A stretch of 64,000 bases of DNA from the NCBI GenBank assembly GCA_934096805.1, contig CAKOMW010000002.1, positions 139,736 to 203,735 of the forward strand, written 5' to 3'. This DNA is from an uncultured Bacilli bacterium. Its GTDB lineage: Bacteria > Bacillota_I > Bacilli_A > RF39 > UBA660. The notes under the pieces were generated by a model. The model saw only the letters and a list, made by a program, of their open reading frames with translations, was not told the DNA's origin and searched no databases. The position numbers and the translations under genes were made by a program. Shown one piece after another: positions 26,773 through 37,756 of this stretch; within the stretch, counting starts at the first letter, position 1; every line of letters begins with the position of its first letter.

Positions 26773-27942
26773 TTAAATTAATTTATCTAAGTATGACTCC
26801 CCTATCATCGGAGGGTCTACTTCAAAATTATCAGCAATAGTTGCACCAATATCAGCAAAAGTAGACATAATTGGTAAATTTTTTGGATTTCTAAAGACTC
26901 TACTATAGATTATAACAGGTGTATTTTCTCTAGTATGGTCAGTTCCTGTATATGTTGGATCATTACCATGATCAGCAGTTATAATAAGCAAATCATCATT
27001 ATTTAAATTATTAAGTAACATAGGAATTTCTACATCAAATTCTTCGATTGCATTAGCATAACCTAAAGAATCTCTACGATGTCCATATAATGTATCAAAA
27101 TCATTCAAATTAGCAAAGCATAAACCAGTGAAGTTTTTAGTCATGACATCTAGTAATTTATCAACTGCTTCCTTATTAGAATGTGAAGTTAGCTTCTTAG
27201 TTATTCCTTCTCCATCAAATATATCATATATTTTTCCAATAGATATAACACTAAGTCCTTTATCTTTTAGTTTATTTAATACTGATTTAGTTGGAGGTTT
27301 CAAACTAAAATCACGTCTATTACCAGTTCTTTTGAAATTATCTTTATTACTTCCAATGAAAGGTCTAGCAATAACACGACCAACTTTCCATTCATCTTTT
27401 GTTGTGATGTTCCTAATTATTTCACAATATTTATAAAGAAGATCTACCGGTATTACTGCTTCATGTGCTGCTACTTGAAGAACTGAATCAGCTGAAGTAT
27501 AAATAATTAAAGCTCCAGTTTTTATATGTTCTTCTCCCAATTCTTTGATTATTTCAGTACCAGAGGCAGCCACATTTCCAATTACCTTTCTTCCTGTTTG
27601 AGTTTCAATTTCTTTTATTAGTTCCTTAGGAAAACCTGTTTCTGTAAATGTTTTAAATGGAACATTATTTCTTAATCCAATTATTTCATAATGACCATTT
27701 AAAGTGTCTTTTCCTTTATTATTAGGTCTTGCAATTGTATAATAAGCCTCTGTTTCATCATTTTCATTCATATTAATTGTGTCTAAAAAACCTAGTTTTT
27801 TTAAATTAGGAATAAATAAATTATGCTTGTCATTAATATGTTTTAATGTGTTAGAGCCAACATCTCCATAATTTACAGCATCCTGTGCTTCCCCTACTCC
27901 AAGTGAATCTAAAACTATTAAAAATATTCTCTTAAATTTCAT
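26773..27942 (-). CDS. deoB: phosphopentomutase
   Basis: MKFKRIFLIVLDSLGVGEAQDA...; alkaline-phosphatase-superfamily metal ligands; full-length colinearity with DeoB/Drm. Confidence 0.9.
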   Translation of the reverse strand: MKFKRIFLIVLDSLGVGEAQDAVNYGDVGSNTLKHINDKHNLFIPNLKKLGFLDTINMNENDETEAYYTIARPNNKGKDTLNGHYEIIGLRNNVPFKTFTETGFPKELIKEIETQTGRKVIGNVAASGTEIIKELGEEHIKTGALIIYTSADSVLQVAAHEAVIPVDLLYKYCEIIRNITTKDEWKVGRVIARPFIGSNKDNFKRTGNRRDFSLKPPTKSVLNKLKDKGLSVISIGKIYDIFDGEGITKKLTSHSNKEAVDKLLDVMTKNFTGLCFANLNDFDTLYGHRRDSLGYANAIEEFDVEIPMLLNNLNNDDLLIITADHGNDPTYTGTDHTRENTPVIIYSRVFRNPKNLPIMSTFADIGATIADNFEVDPPMIGESYLDKLI

Positions 27943-27953
27943 GCTATTCCTCC

Positions 27954-28853
27954 TTAAATTTTGTTTCTTTTATGATATTTTAAATAATCATTTCTTTTTT
28001 TCTCATTACTAACATGTGTATATATAGTAGTAGTACTAATGTCACTATGTCCTAAAAGCTCTTGAATGCTTCTTAAATCTGCTCCACAGTTTAACATATG
28101 AGTAGCAAAAGAATGTCTAAGCATATGTGGAGTAATGTTTTTGGTAAGACCTTGTTTCTTAGCTATTTTTTTAAGTATTAACCCAAAACTTTCTCTGCTA
28201 ATCTGTTCTCCTTTATTATTTAAAAACATATAGTCAGTTAATTTTCCTTTCAAAAAACTTCCTCTTATATCCAAATACATTTTTAAATAGTTAAGTGAGT
28301 AAGAACTAACTGGTATAATCCTTTCTTTGCTTCCTTTACCAAAGACTTTAACAACAGCATTTTCAAAATCTACATCATGCATTTTTAGATTTGTCAGCTC
28401 ACTAATTCTAACTCCCGTAGAATACAACATTTCTAACATTGCTTTATTACGATAATCTTCTTTTGTATAAAGTGAAATGTCAAGTAATTGTTTTACTTCT
28501 TTGACAGATAAAACATTAGGCAAAGTTTTCTTTTTTTTAGGTCTATCAATGTTCTCACAAGGATTAATATCTATTTGTTTTTCTTTCAATAAATAGATAT
28601 AAAAGTTGTTCATTGAGGTAATACTATTTGTCTTGGAACTCACTTTATTTAAACTAAAGCTATCTGTCAAATACTGCTCAATGTCTTTTTGAGTAACACT
28701 TAATAATTTTTTATTTTTATTTATTAGGTATTTCTCAAAGGCAATTAGGTTACATTTGTATTTCTTTATGGTAGCTTCACTTAAGTTCCTTTCATACTTT
28801 AAATAATCAATATAATCTAAAATAAAGTCATTGATTTTATAAATATTCCCCAT
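27954..28853 (-). CDS. xerD: tyrosine recombinase XerC/XerD family
   Basis: R..H..R..Y catalytic tetrad context (HMLRHSFATHMLNCGADLRSIQELLGHSDISTTTIYTHV); adjacent to deoB as ripX/xerD is in B. subtilis. Confidence 0.7.
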   Translation of the reverse strand: MGNIYKINDFILDYIDYLKYERNLSEATIKKYKCNLIAFEKYLINKNKKLLSVTQKDIEQYLTDSFSLNKVSSKTNSITSMNNFYIYLLKEKQIDINPCENIDRPKKKKTLPNVLSVKEVKQLLDISLYTKEDYRNKAMLEMLYSTGVRISELTNLKMHDVDFENAVVKVFGKGSKERIIPVSSYSLNYLKMYLDIRGSFLKGKLTDYMFLNNKGEQISRESFGLILKKIAKKQGLTKNITPHMLRHSFATHMLNCGADLRSIQELLGHSDISTTTIYTHVSNEKKRNDYLKYHKRNKI

Positions 28854-28980
28854 ATATATACCTCTTACTAAATATTATAGCATTTTTATTTTAATTATTG
28901 AAGAATATATTTAAAAAGTTTACATTATTTGATACAATAAATATGAAAGTTTTAGAAAAAAAGAAAGGAATGATACTACT

Positions 28981-30195
28981 ATGAATGAACCATTAGCAAT
29001 TAAATTAAAACCAAAATCTTTAAAAGATGTTATTGGACAAGAAAAATTAATAGGAAAAGATAAAATTATTTCTAATATGGTTAAAAATAATAAGATTTTT
29101 TCAATGATTTTATATGGTGAACCTGGTATTGGTAAAACTAGTATTGCCACTGCAATGGTAAATGATTTAAAAACAAACTATCGTTTTTTAAATGCTGTTA
29201 TTCATAAAAAACAAGATTTTGATATAGTTATTGAGGAAGCTAAAATGTATGATGGTATGATTTTAATTGTTGATGAAATACATAGATTAAATAAAGATAA
29301 ACAAGATATTTTGCTCCCTTGTTTAGAAAGTGGACTTATTACATTAATTGGGCTTACTACCTCTAACCCATATCATGTTATAAATCCCGCTATAAGAAGT
29401 AGATGTCAAATATTTAAATTAGAACCTCTTAGTGAAAATGATATTTTAAAAGGACTTAAAAAAGCTATTAAAACAGAATACTTAAAAGATATTAAAATAA
29501 ATAATGAAGCACTAAAGTATATTGCAAAAATATCTAAATATGATTTAAGATTTGCTTACAATCTACTTGAAGTATCATATTATTACAATAAAGAACATGA
29601 TATTAATATAGACGTAGTTAAAACCATTAATAATACACCAATTGTAACAGGCGATAAAAATGAAGAAAGCTATTATAATTCACTATCAGGACTTCAAAAA
29701 TCTATAAGAGGATCTTCAGTAAATGCTGCCCTTCATTATTTAGCACAGCTTCTTATTATGGAAGACTTAGACATTATTTTCAGGAGATTATCCGTTATAT
29801 GTTATGAAGATATAGGACTTGCTAATCCCTCAATTGGCCCAAAACTAAATGCAGTAATTTCAGCTTGTGAAAGAGTTGGTTTACCTGAGGCAAGAATTCC
29901 TTTATCTAATATTGTAATTGAAATGTGTCTTTCTCCAAAAAGTAACAGTGCTTATTTAGCAATAGATAAGGCCATAAACGAAATAAAAGAAAAGTCTATT
30001 GGAAATGTTCCAAGTTTTATTAAAAGTCCTAATATAGGCTATTTATACCCTCATAATTACCCAAATAGTTTAGTTAAGCAAAATTATATGCCTGATAAAA
30101 TAAAAGATAGTGTGTACTATCATCCTAAAGAAACATCCAAGTATGAAAAATCTTTAAAGAGTGTGTATGAAAAGATTAATAAAATAATAAACTAA
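28981..30195 (+). CDS. rarA: replication-associated recombination protein A (AAA+ ATPase RarA/MgsA)
   Basis: Walker A GEPGIGKTS, Walker B ILIVDEIHR, sensor motifs, MgsA C-terminal domain. Confidence 0.85.
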   Translation: MNEPLAIKLKPKSLKDVIGQEKLIGKDKIISNMVKNNKIFSMILYGEPGIGKTSIATAMVNDLKTNYRFLNAVIHKKQDFDIVIEEAKMYDGMILIVDEIHRLNKDKQDILLPCLESGLITLIGLTTSNPYHVINPAIRSRCQIFKLEPLSENDILKGLKKAIKTEYLKDIKINNEALKYIAKISKYDLRFAYNLLEVSYYYNKEHDINIDVVKTINNTPIVTGDKNEESYYNSLSGLQKSIRGSSVNAALHYLAQLLIMEDLDIIFRRLSVICYEDIGLANPSIGPKLNAVISACERVGLPEARIPLSNIVIEMCLSPKSNSAYLAIDKAINEIKEKSIGNVPSFIKSPNIGYLYPHNYPNSLVKQNYMPDKIKDSVYYHPKETSKYEKSLKSVYEKINKIIN

Positions 30196-30324
30196 ATTTT
30201 ATAAATTATACTTTTTTAAAAGAACAGGAATTTGTTCTTTTTTATATTTTGAATTAATTAGAAGATATAAATTTACTAAAAAAGACCATTACAATATTAT
30301 TAGTAATAGTCAAGAAATATTATT

Positions 30325-31017
30325 TTAATCTATATTGAAGAAATTAGTAATTCCCTCTACTCCATCATAGTAATAATTCATCGCTTCAGCACATAAGCTC
30401 ATCTTTTCTTTATCTATAGTTTTATTTTCTTTATATTCTTTTATTATTTGATTAACTAAATTATCATAGTAGAAAGTAATTGAACCATATTTTGACATGA
30501 TAAGAACATTTACTAGGGCATCTATTTTTGATTTAATATCATCTTCTATATTAGATAATAAATAGTCATTAAGTTCTATCTTTTCTCCATCAATTTCTAG
30601 TTTATCTCCTAAAATACTAGATAATTTCTTTTGCAATGGTAATTGTTCATTTTTAATGTCCTCAATTAAATAATTTTTATATTGTAATGCCTTTTCTACA
30701 GTGTATTTTGATATTTCTTTTTGCTTATCATTTATATTTTTAGGAATTATTTCACCCATAGCAAAATCTTTTTCTGCTGTTTTGTTAAATTCTACAACGG
30801 TTTCAGTATCAACATCAATTAAAAGCCAATATTCTGGTATTACCCCTCCTGAAATATCCCAAACTTTATCATCTTCTCTAGTCAACAAGACACCAACGTA
30901 TAGTTTATTGTTGTGGGCTCTAAGCATTGGATATAGAGGAATATATGTTTCCAATCCCTTTTCTTTTTTTATTTTGTTTGCAATATCTAGATACTTATCT
31001 AAGTTTAAATTATTCAT
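30325..31017 (-). CDS. hypothetical protein, translationally coupled to the upstream ECF-type sigma factor (possible cognate regulator)
   Basis: 230 aa; overlaps the 31010-31492 ORF by 8 nt. Confidence 0.4.
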   Translation of the reverse strand: MNNLNLDKYLDIANKIKKEKGLETYIPLYPMLRAHNNKLYVGVLLTREDDKVWDISGGVIPEYWLLIDVDTETVVEFNKTAEKDFAMGEIIPKNINDKQKEISKYTVEKALQYKNYLIEDIKNEQLPLQKKLSSILGDKLEIDGEKIELNDYLLSNIEDDIKSKIDALVNVLIMSKYGSITFYYDNLVNQIIKEYKENKTIDKEKMSLCAEAMNYYYDGVEGITNFFNID

Positions 31018-31492
31018 TATATCTCTCCTTTATCTTTTTTCTAGCATTATATAAATAATATTTTATATTAGATTCGCTAGTTTCAGTATTTTTACTTATT
31101 TCTTTTATTGAAAGGTCATTTAGGTAATACATTTTAAATATTGTTGCTTCTTTTTCTGTTAAACCAATATTATCTAAATTATTTATAATCTCTTTATATA
31201 TGATTTTATCTATCAAAAATACTTCATAACTAGTTTGATACTCTTCTTCAAATGTTATATTGTTTTTTTCTTTAATATATTGTTTTGCTCTGGTGCACCA
31301 AATATTATGAGCAATTTTCCATATTAAATTTTCTATTTTGTCTACTTTTACATTCGCTCCAAAGTATTCAAATATGGCAAGAAAAATACTATTCGTTAAG
31401 TCTTCAGCATCTTCTTTATTATTTGTTTTCTTTAAAGACCAATTATAAATCTTAGAATAATATTCATCATAAATCAAATCCATATCAATCAC
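31010..31492 (-). CDS. ECF-type sigma-70 family factor
   Basis: 160 aa with region-2-like segment (EDLTNSIFLAIFEYF) and region-4 HTH (LSIKEISKNTETSESNIKYYLYNARKKIK). Confidence 0.55.
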   Translation of the reverse strand: MIDMDLIYDEYYSKIYNWSLKKTNNKEDAEDLTNSIFLAIFEYFGANVKVDKIENLIWKIAHNIWCTRAKQYIKEKNNITFEEEYQTSYEVFLIDKIIYKEIINNLDNIGLTEKEATIFKMYYLNDLSIKEISKNTETSESNIKYYLYNARKKIKERYNE

Positions 31493-31570
31493 CTTTCACT
31501 TATATAGTGTTATTTTTTTATATTTGGTTAGTTATTGATTATATTTTTTATATAATTTTAGAAAAGTATT

Positions 31571-32245
31571 CTATTTAATTATATCATTAATTATATAACT
31601 AGTAATTAATAACCCTGCACTTGCAGGAACAAAACAATTACTTCCAATAATAGTTCCTTTTGTTTTAATAGGCATTTCAGTTGATGATACACAAGGTATT
31701 TTACCATTTATTTTTTCATCTTTTACCCATTTTCTAAGAATCTTGGCAATTTTATCATAACTAGTTTTCCTAATATCAATAATCTCTATTTTACTAGGAT
31801 CCATTTTATTACCCATTCCCATTGAAGTAATAAATTTAATCTTTCTACTTAAGCATTCTTTTATTAATAGCTTTTTAGTATTTATGCTATCACAACAATC
31901 TATTAAGTAATCAAAGTCATAATCAAAGAGTTTTTTATAATTTGTTTCATCTATAAACTTATCTATTATTGTAACATTGCAATTTTCATTAATATCTTTT
32001 ATTCTTTCATAGAAAGCATCAGTTTTCTTACGTTTTATATTTTTATTAGTAGCAATTATTTGTCTATTTAAATTAGTTATATCAATAATATCAAAGTCTA
32101 CCAATATGATATTATTTATTCCTGATCTTACAAGAGACTCGGTAACATAGCCTCCTACTCCACCGAGACCCACCACTAATACTTTTGTATCTGTTATTTT
32201 TTTTATATTTTCTGTTCCTATTAATATTTCTAATCTTTCTAACAT
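31571..32245 (-). CDS. ThiF-family E1-like enzyme, probable tRNA threonylcarbamoyladenosine dehydratase TcdA
   Basis: Rossmann GxGxxG KVLVVGLGGVGGYV ... LVDFDIIDITNLNRQ. Confidence 0.65.
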   Translation of the reverse strand: MLERLEILIGTENIKKITDTKVLVVGLGGVGGYVTESLVRSGINNIILVDFDIIDITNLNRQIIATNKNIKRKKTDAFYERIKDINENCNVTIIDKFIDETNYKKLFDYDFDYLIDCCDSINTKKLLIKECLSRKIKFITSMGMGNKMDPSKIEIIDIRKTSYDKIAKILRKWVKDEKINGKIPCVSSTEMPIKTKGTIIGSNCFVPASAGLLITSYIINDIIK

Positions 32246-32270
32246 AGTACCTCCAAAAAAGAAGAAGAGC

Positions 32271-32993
32271 TTAGTCTTCTTCTAGGTTATGATATACATC
32301 TTGAACATCTTCGATTTCTTCTAAAGCATCAATAAGTTTATATATTTTTTCTTTCTTTTCATCATCAAGAGCTACAGTCATACTTGGAATGAATCTTACT
32401 TCATTCATTATTTTTTCTTCAATACCAGCTTCTTCTAAAGCCTTATTCATATTGATAAAGTTTTCAAATGTTGTATAAATAACATATGAGTCTTCTTCAG
32501 TAATAAAATCGATAGCATCATTATTAAGGGCTATCATCATTACTTCATCTTCATCGTAAGTCTTAGGAAGAACAATAATGCCTTTTTTCTCAAACATATA
32601 GCTAACAGAGCCGTCAGTACCTAAATTACCACCACGTTTAGTAAAGGCTGCCCTTACCATACTAGCAGTTCTATTCCTATTATCAGTCAAACAATCAACC
32701 ATAACTGCCACTCCATTAGGCCCATATCCTTCATACCTTACTGATTCATAGTTTGTAGAATCATTCATATTGTGTGCTTTATCAATTGCTGCTTGTATCC
32801 TATCCTTAGGCATATTTTCTGCTTTAGCTTTATCAATAATCATTCTAAGTGACGGATTGTTATCAGGGTTTTTGTCTCCTCCTTTAGCAGCCACATAGAT
32901 TTCTTTAGCTAATTTTTGAAAGATTTTACTTCTCTCAGCATCTATTAATCCCTTTTTCCTTTTAATTGTTGCCCATTTTGAATGTCCACTCAT
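32271..32993 (-). CDS. YebC/PmpR family DNA-binding transcriptional regulator
   Basis: MSGHSKWATIKRKK N-terminal signature and full-length colinearity. Confidence 0.85.
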   Translation of the reverse strand: MSGHSKWATIKRKKGLIDAERSKIFQKLAKEIYVAAKGGDKNPDNNPSLRMIIDKAKAENMPKDRIQAAIDKAHNMNDSTNYESVRYEGYGPNGVAVMVDCLTDNRNRTASMVRAAFTKRGGNLGTDGSVSYMFEKKGIIVLPKTYDEDEVMMIALNNDAIDFITEEDSYVIYTTFENFINMNKALEEAGIEEKIMNEVRFIPSMTVALDDEKKEKIYKLIDALEEIEDVQDVYHNLEED

Positions 32994-33004
32994 CTTATCA
33001 CTCC

Positions 33005-33709
33005 TTAACTTATTAATTTGATTAACATTGGACCTAGTAGTAGTAAAAGCAGTAATGGTATAAAAAATATTACTGATACTATACTTATTTTTACTGGCAT
33101 CTTACTAATTATTGCTTTTGTTTCTAATACCCTTTTTTCTCTTAAATAATCTATTTGATTATACATAGTTTCAACAATATCATTACCAAAGGTATTAGCC
33201 TGTTCAATATTTAATATAATATTATTCACAGTATCACTAGGAATTCTTTTTCTTAAGTCCTCTAATGAATTATTTAAATCTTTTCCAAGATTAATATCTT
33301 TTAATACCTTTTGTATTTCAACTGATAAAGAAGAATCAATGTTTTTAGAAGTAATTTCTAAAGATGTTTTTATGCTCCTACCTGCCTCTAGAGAAAGAGC
33401 AAATACTTCAAAAAAATATAAAGCATCTTTTTCTATTACTTTTCTTCTTTCATTAATCTTAGTATCTAGTACAATAGGAACAAAGAGTACATACACTAAA
33501 AAAGCAATAATTGGTGCAAGTATGTAACCAAAATCCAAGAAATATAATACCACAAAAAATACTAAAATAGAAGATATTAATCTAATATTTAGCAACTTTA
33601 TAGGGTCAGTATTAGAATCTATACCTAGATAAGCTACTTTTTTTTGCATATTTTCAATCTGTCTTTCACTATAAATTTTGTATTCAACTGTTCTTTTATT
33701 TCCTTTCAT
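33005..33709 (-). CDS. Tad/type II secretion platform protein (TadC-like, T2SSF domain)
   Basis: 3 TM segments, T2SSF-like central domain; paired with the upstream TadB-like gene. Confidence 0.6.
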   Translation of the reverse strand: MKGNKRTVEYKIYSERQIENMQKKVAYLGIDSNTDPIKLLNIRLISSILVFFVVLYFLDFGYILAPIIAFLVYVLFVPIVLDTKINERRKVIEKDALYFFEVFALSLEAGRSIKTSLEITSKNIDSSLSVEIQKVLKDINLGKDLNNSLEDLRKRIPSDTVNNIILNIEQANTFGNDIVETMYNQIDYLREKRVLETKAIISKMPVKISIVSVIFFIPLLLLLLLGPMLIKLIS

Positions 33710-33710
33710 G

Positions 33711-34712
33711 TTACCACTCTCTTATCTTTACGATTTTTTTAACTAATATAATATACACTATATATATTAAAATAATTGATATTAATATTATATTTCCTAT
33801 AACTGAAGTAATAAATGTTACAAAGTAAGTTGGATCTAAAAAATAAATAAATATAAATATTAAAAACGGAATAGCAACAAGTACTTTAAAGACAAAATTT
33901 GATAAAGCAAGTGTTGACTCCATTTCGTCTTTTATTCTTTTTCTTTCGATAAAGCTTCTTTCTATTGAAGAGAAAATTTTTGTAATTTTCCCTCCAGTTT
34001 GATTTAAAATAACTAGAGATGAAGCCATATATTTTACTTCTTCCAATTTTACACGTGAAGCAAATCTATCAAATACCACTTGTAAATCAAGTCCATATGT
34101 TAAATCAATTAAGATTTTCTTAAATTCATTACTAATAGGGCCTTCTAATTCAGTTGAAACAAGTTCTACAGCTTGCATAATACTTCTTCCTGATTTAAAA
34201 GCATTATTCATAATAATTACAGCCTTTAAAAAATCTTGTTCTATTCTTTTTTTCATTCTTTTTTCTTTTATTTTTAAGAAAACATCTAGAATAAAGAACC
34301 CTATTAAGAGTGATGCTGTTATTTGAATAAAACTAAACATTTTAAACTTTAATATATTTGATATAATCATAAGTAAAACTGCACATATTGAAAATAATAT
34401 TTTTTTTGATACAAAGTCTAAACTTGTTTCTTTGTACCTACTATCAACTTCTACAAATTTTTCATATCGTTTGCTATAATCAGTTAATATTTTACTTTTA
34501 CTAATTTTTTTACTAATTCCTTTAATTAAACTATAATAAATACTTTGAACTTTTAAAGTAAAAGAAGTTGGTTTATCTGATAAGGCTGTAATTGAAAAGT
34601 TTATAATTCTTTTCTCTTTTTTAATAGAGGTAAGTATTTTAAGAGTTATTATAAAAGCAATAATTACTACTAATATTAGTAATACTTGGATAGCTATATA
34701 TAAACTTTTCAT
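33711..34712 (-). CDS. Tad/type II secretion platform protein (TadB-like, T2SSF domain)
   Basis: N-terminal TM, T2SSF domain (FLKAVIIMNNAFKSGRSIMQAVELV), C-terminal TM bundle. Confidence 0.6.
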   Translation of the reverse strand: MKSLYIAIQVLLILVVIIAFIITLKILTSIKKEKRIINFSITALSDKPTSFTLKVQSIYYSLIKGISKKISKSKILTDYSKRYEKFVEVDSRYKETSLDFVSKKILFSICAVLLMIISNILKFKMFSFIQITASLLIGFFILDVFLKIKEKRMKKRIEQDFLKAVIIMNNAFKSGRSIMQAVELVSTELEGPISNEFKKILIDLTYGLDLQVVFDRFASRVKLEEVKYMASSLVILNQTGGKITKIFSSIERSFIERKRIKDEMESTLALSNFVFKVLVAIPFLIFIFIYFLDPTYFVTFITSVIGNIILISIILIYIVYIILVKKIVKIREW

Positions 34713-34724
34713 ATTATTCCTCCT

Positions 34725-36059
34725 TTAAACTAGTCTTTCAAAGATATCATCAACGGTTTTAACACCTTTGCTTTTTATTTTTTTATATACTTTAGGTATG
34801 TATTTATATAAAACAAATGAACCGTTTACTTCCCCAGAGTCTGTTAATCCTTTTTCTTTGAAAGCAAATATTTCTTTTAGAATTATTTTACCTTCTCTTA
34901 TTCCTGTAACTTCACTAATTGAAGTTATTTTTCTTTTTCCATCAGATAATCTTTCAATATTTACAACGATGTCTATAGCATTTTCTATATATTCTCTAAT
35001 TGCTAATACAGGTATTTGAATACCAGCCATTAAAACCATTGTTTCTAGACGATTAAGGGCATCTTCTGCTCCATTGGCATGAAGAGTTGATAAAGAGCCT
35101 TCATGTCCTGTGTTCATGGCTTGTAGCATGTCAAATGCTTCTTTTCCACGCACTTCTCCAACAATTATACGATCTGGTCGCATACGAAGGGAATTTATTA
35201 CTAAATCACGAATAGTTACTTCTCCTTCTTTTTCATAGTTCATTGTTCTTGTTTCTAAAGAAATAACATGATTTTGTTTTAATTTTAACTCAGCAGCATC
35301 TTCAATAGTAATAATTCTTTCTTCATCAAGTATGAATGATGATAGAACATTTAAAACAGTAGTTTTTCCAGAACCTGTACCACCACATACTAAAATATTT
35401 AACTTAGCCATAACACAGGCTTCCAAAAATCTAGCCATATATGGAGTAAAAGTACCATTTCTAATTAAGTCATCCGCACTAGATAAGTTTTCCTTAAACT
35501 TTCTTATAGTAAGCACTGGTCCATTTAAAGCAAGTGGTGGAATAATAGCATTTATTCTCGAACCATCACTAAGTCTAGAATCAACCATGGGATTAGCTAT
35601 ATCAATAGTTCTTCCAAGAGGTTGAATCATCCTTTGAATAGTTCTTATAATATGTTCATCATTAATAAATGAAACAGATTCATCTTTTATTATTTTACCA
35701 TCTATTTCAATGTATATTTCATCAGGGGCATTAACCATTATTTCAGTAATGCTTTTATCATCTAAAAGCTCAGTAATTGGACCATAACCATTTATTTCAT
35801 TTTCAATTAAGTTAAAAATATGATTTCTTTCTAAATTAGTTAAGTCATATCCTTCCAAAGTAGTATTAATTTCATCATTTATATAATCATTTAAGTATTT
35901 ACCAGTTGGTATATCATTATCTATTATATTTTGAATAATTTTATTTCTCAAAGAATCTAATAAGTTTTTGTCTTTAAAGACACTGTAATCATTTATATCA
36001 GTATTAATATTTCTATTTTTATTTTCAATTTCAAATAGTTCAGAAAGTGTTTTTCTCAT
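34725..36059 (-). CDS. CpaF/TadA-type secretion ATPase (VirB11/GspE superfamily)
   Basis: Walker [12 protein letters not shown], Asp box, His box; 444 aa. Confidence 0.8.
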   Translation of the reverse strand: MRKTLSELFEIENKNRNINTDINDYSVFKDKNLLDSLRNKIIQNIIDNDIPTGKYLNDYINDEINTTLEGYDLTNLERNHIFNLIENEINGYGPITELLDDKSITEIMVNAPDEIYIEIDGKIIKDESVSFINDEHIIRTIQRMIQPLGRTIDIANPMVDSRLSDGSRINAIIPPLALNGPVLTIRKFKENLSSADDLIRNGTFTPYMARFLEACVMAKLNILVCGGTGSGKTTVLNVLSSFILDEERIITIEDAAELKLKQNHVISLETRTMNYEKEGEVTIRDLVINSLRMRPDRIIVGEVRGKEAFDMLQAMNTGHEGSLSTLHANGAEDALNRLETMVLMAGIQIPVLAIREYIENAIDIVVNIERLSDGKRKITSISEVTGIREGKIILKEIFAFKEKGLTDSGEVNGSFVLYKYIPKVYKKIKSKGVKTVDDIFERLV

Positions 36060-36814
36060 TATTGCACCTCCTTATTATAAAGTTTCTTAGCAATTAGACC
36101 AAAGTGTTTTAAATCTTTTTTAGAAGAAAAGCCATTTGCTAGAATTGGTATTAAGCCTGATGCTACTATCTTATCTAGTTTATTTATATATAGTGTTTTT
36201 GGTAATGTAAAATCAATATTATTTTTTATAATACTTCTTATATCAAATGTTGTATAATAGCTTTTATTCATAATAGATTCATTTAAGACTGTATAATAAT
36301 TATCGAATGAAGCATCTTTTAGTATTGATATAAAAGTTCTTGTATTTTTTAAAGAATATAAATCATTTGATAAAAGAACTAAAATATTATCGCAATTATC
36401 AAGTAAAATGATATTAATTTCATTAAGAATATGAGTTGTATCAAGTAAAATAACATCATATTTATATAAAACAGTATTAAGAATTAAAGGAATATATTTA
36501 GAGTCAATTTTATTAGCTTGTCTTGGGTCTTTTACTGAAGAGATTATATCTATATTTTCATTATAGTTATAGATATAGTCCTCAACTTTTTCATATCTAT
36601 TATTTGATAAATCTTCTACTAAATTAAAGATAGTTTTATCTGCTTTCATGTTTAAAGAAAGAGCAATATCTCCCCCGAACAAATCAAAATCAATAATCAA
36701 AACTTTATAACCAAGTAAATGATAAGTTCCTGCAAGATTAAGAGTAGTAACAGTCTTCCCTACTCCTCCTTTTGCAGAAGTAACTGCAATTATTTTTCCT
36801 TTATCTTTTTTCAT
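36059..36814 (-). CDS. CpaE-like ParA/MinD-family ATPase
   Basis: deviant Walker A SAKGGVGKTVT. Confidence 0.65.
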   Translation of the reverse strand: MKKDKGKIIAVTSAKGGVGKTVTTLNLAGTYHLLGYKVLIIDFDLFGGDIALSLNMKADKTIFNLVEDLSNNRYEKVEDYIYNYNENIDIISSVKDPRQANKIDSKYIPLILNTVLYKYDVILLDTTHILNEINIILLDNCDNILVLLSNDLYSLKNTRTFISILKDASFDNYYTVLNESIMNKSYYTTFDIRSIIKNNIDFTLPKTLYINKLDKIVASGLIPILANGFSSKKDLKHFGLIAKKLYNKEVQ

Positions 36815-36826
36815 ATTTAACCCTCT

Positions 36827-37144
36827 TTATTCTAAATTAACTTCTAAATGATATTTTTTTATTCCTATTATATTTCCAAATATTGAATCTATTTCTTTTT
36901 TTAAATGGATTCCTCCATAAGAAATACTTACTATTTCAATATCTTTGTCATTATCTTTTATTATTTTTTTTATTTCATTTAAATCCTTATTCTCTTTTTC
37001 ATATTCCATAGCAAGTTCTCCGACATTATTTAATTTAGTATTATTTATAGCTATGTAACAAGTATCAAAAACATATGCAAAAAGTGCAATAACAAGTGGT
37101 AATAAAAATACGAAGAGCACTAATGCCTGAGCTTTATTATTCAT
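36827..37144 (-). CDS. TadE/Flp-type prepilin-like protein
   Basis: MNNKAQALVLFVFLLPLVIALFA; shares the NNKAQALV N-terminal motif with two neighbours. Confidence 0.55.
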   Translation of the reverse strand: MNNKAQALVLFVFLLPLVIALFAYVFDTCYIAINNTKLNNVGELAMEYEKENKDLNEIKKIIKDNDKDIEIVSISYGGIHLKKEIDSIFGNIIGIKKYHLEVNLE

Positions 37145-37484
37145 TTAATATTACCCTTTCAGTACTTATTTCATAAGGATTATTGAAAAAAGTTGATGCA
37201 AATGGTGTGATTAAATCAATCTTAGTTGTAAGTGTAATTGTACTTTTATTATTATTATTTTTGTAACTCAATGTAACATCCTTTGGCAAAGTGCTTTTTA
37301 TTTCTTCGTAACTTTTACCTTTTTGTTTGTAAAGTGCTACATCATTCATCATACCTTCCAAAGTATTTTTATTGTAAAAGACAAAAGCAAAGTCTATTAC
37401 AATAAATAAAATCATGATAATTATTGGTAGCAAAATAACAAACTCTACAAGAGCTTGGGCCTTGTTATTTATTCTTTTCAACAC
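37137..37484 (-). CDS. TadE-like pseudopilin (probable GTG start with RBS ggagaagg)
   Basis: (M)LKRINNKAQALVEFVILLPIIIMILFIV; the ORF-track start at 37526 lies inside the preceding gene. Confidence 0.5.
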   Translation of the reverse strand: MLKRINNKAQALVEFVILLPIIIMILFIVIDFAFVFYNKNTLEGMMNDVALYKQKGKSYEEIKSTLPKDVTLSYKNNNNKSTITLTTKIDLITPFASTFFNNPYEISTERVILNE

Positions 37485-37674
37485 AGTACCCTTCTCCAGC
37501 TTTGGCACCTTTATGATATTCTTCACCTACTAAAGCACAGGAAGATTTAGTAATTGAATCTTTTAAATATCCTCCTAGAAAAGTTACTAATGATATAGCA
37601 AGCACACTAATTAAAGCAATTATTAAAACGTATTCTACTAATGCCTGAGCTTTGTTATCTAATCTCATATACAA
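37465..37674 (-). CDS. Flp-type pilin
   Basis: 69 aa, MYMRLDNKAQALVEYVLIIALISVLAISLV; xxxEY Flp motif followed by a hydrophobic helix. Confidence 0.6.
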   Translation of the reverse strand: MYMRLDNKAQALVEYVLIIALISVLAISLVTFLGGYLKDSITKSSCALVGEEYHKGAKAGEGYCVEKNK

Positions 37675-37756
37675 TCACCTATTTTCCTACATTAATTTTA
37701 TTATTTTTTTTGCTTGTTGTCAATTGAATTCTAATAAAAAGTGATATAAAATATAA

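Noticed and set aside
26533-27436. Plus-strand ORFs 26533-26781 and 27128-27436
   Set aside because: They overlap the lipoprotein and deoB genes on the opposite strand and have low-complexity translations
27954-28853. Tyrosine recombinase considered as a prophage or integrative-element integrase
   Set aside because: XerC/D-type catalytic signature and conserved chromosomal context (adjacent to deoB, as ripX-drm in B. subtilis). No flanking phage genes or att-like repeats
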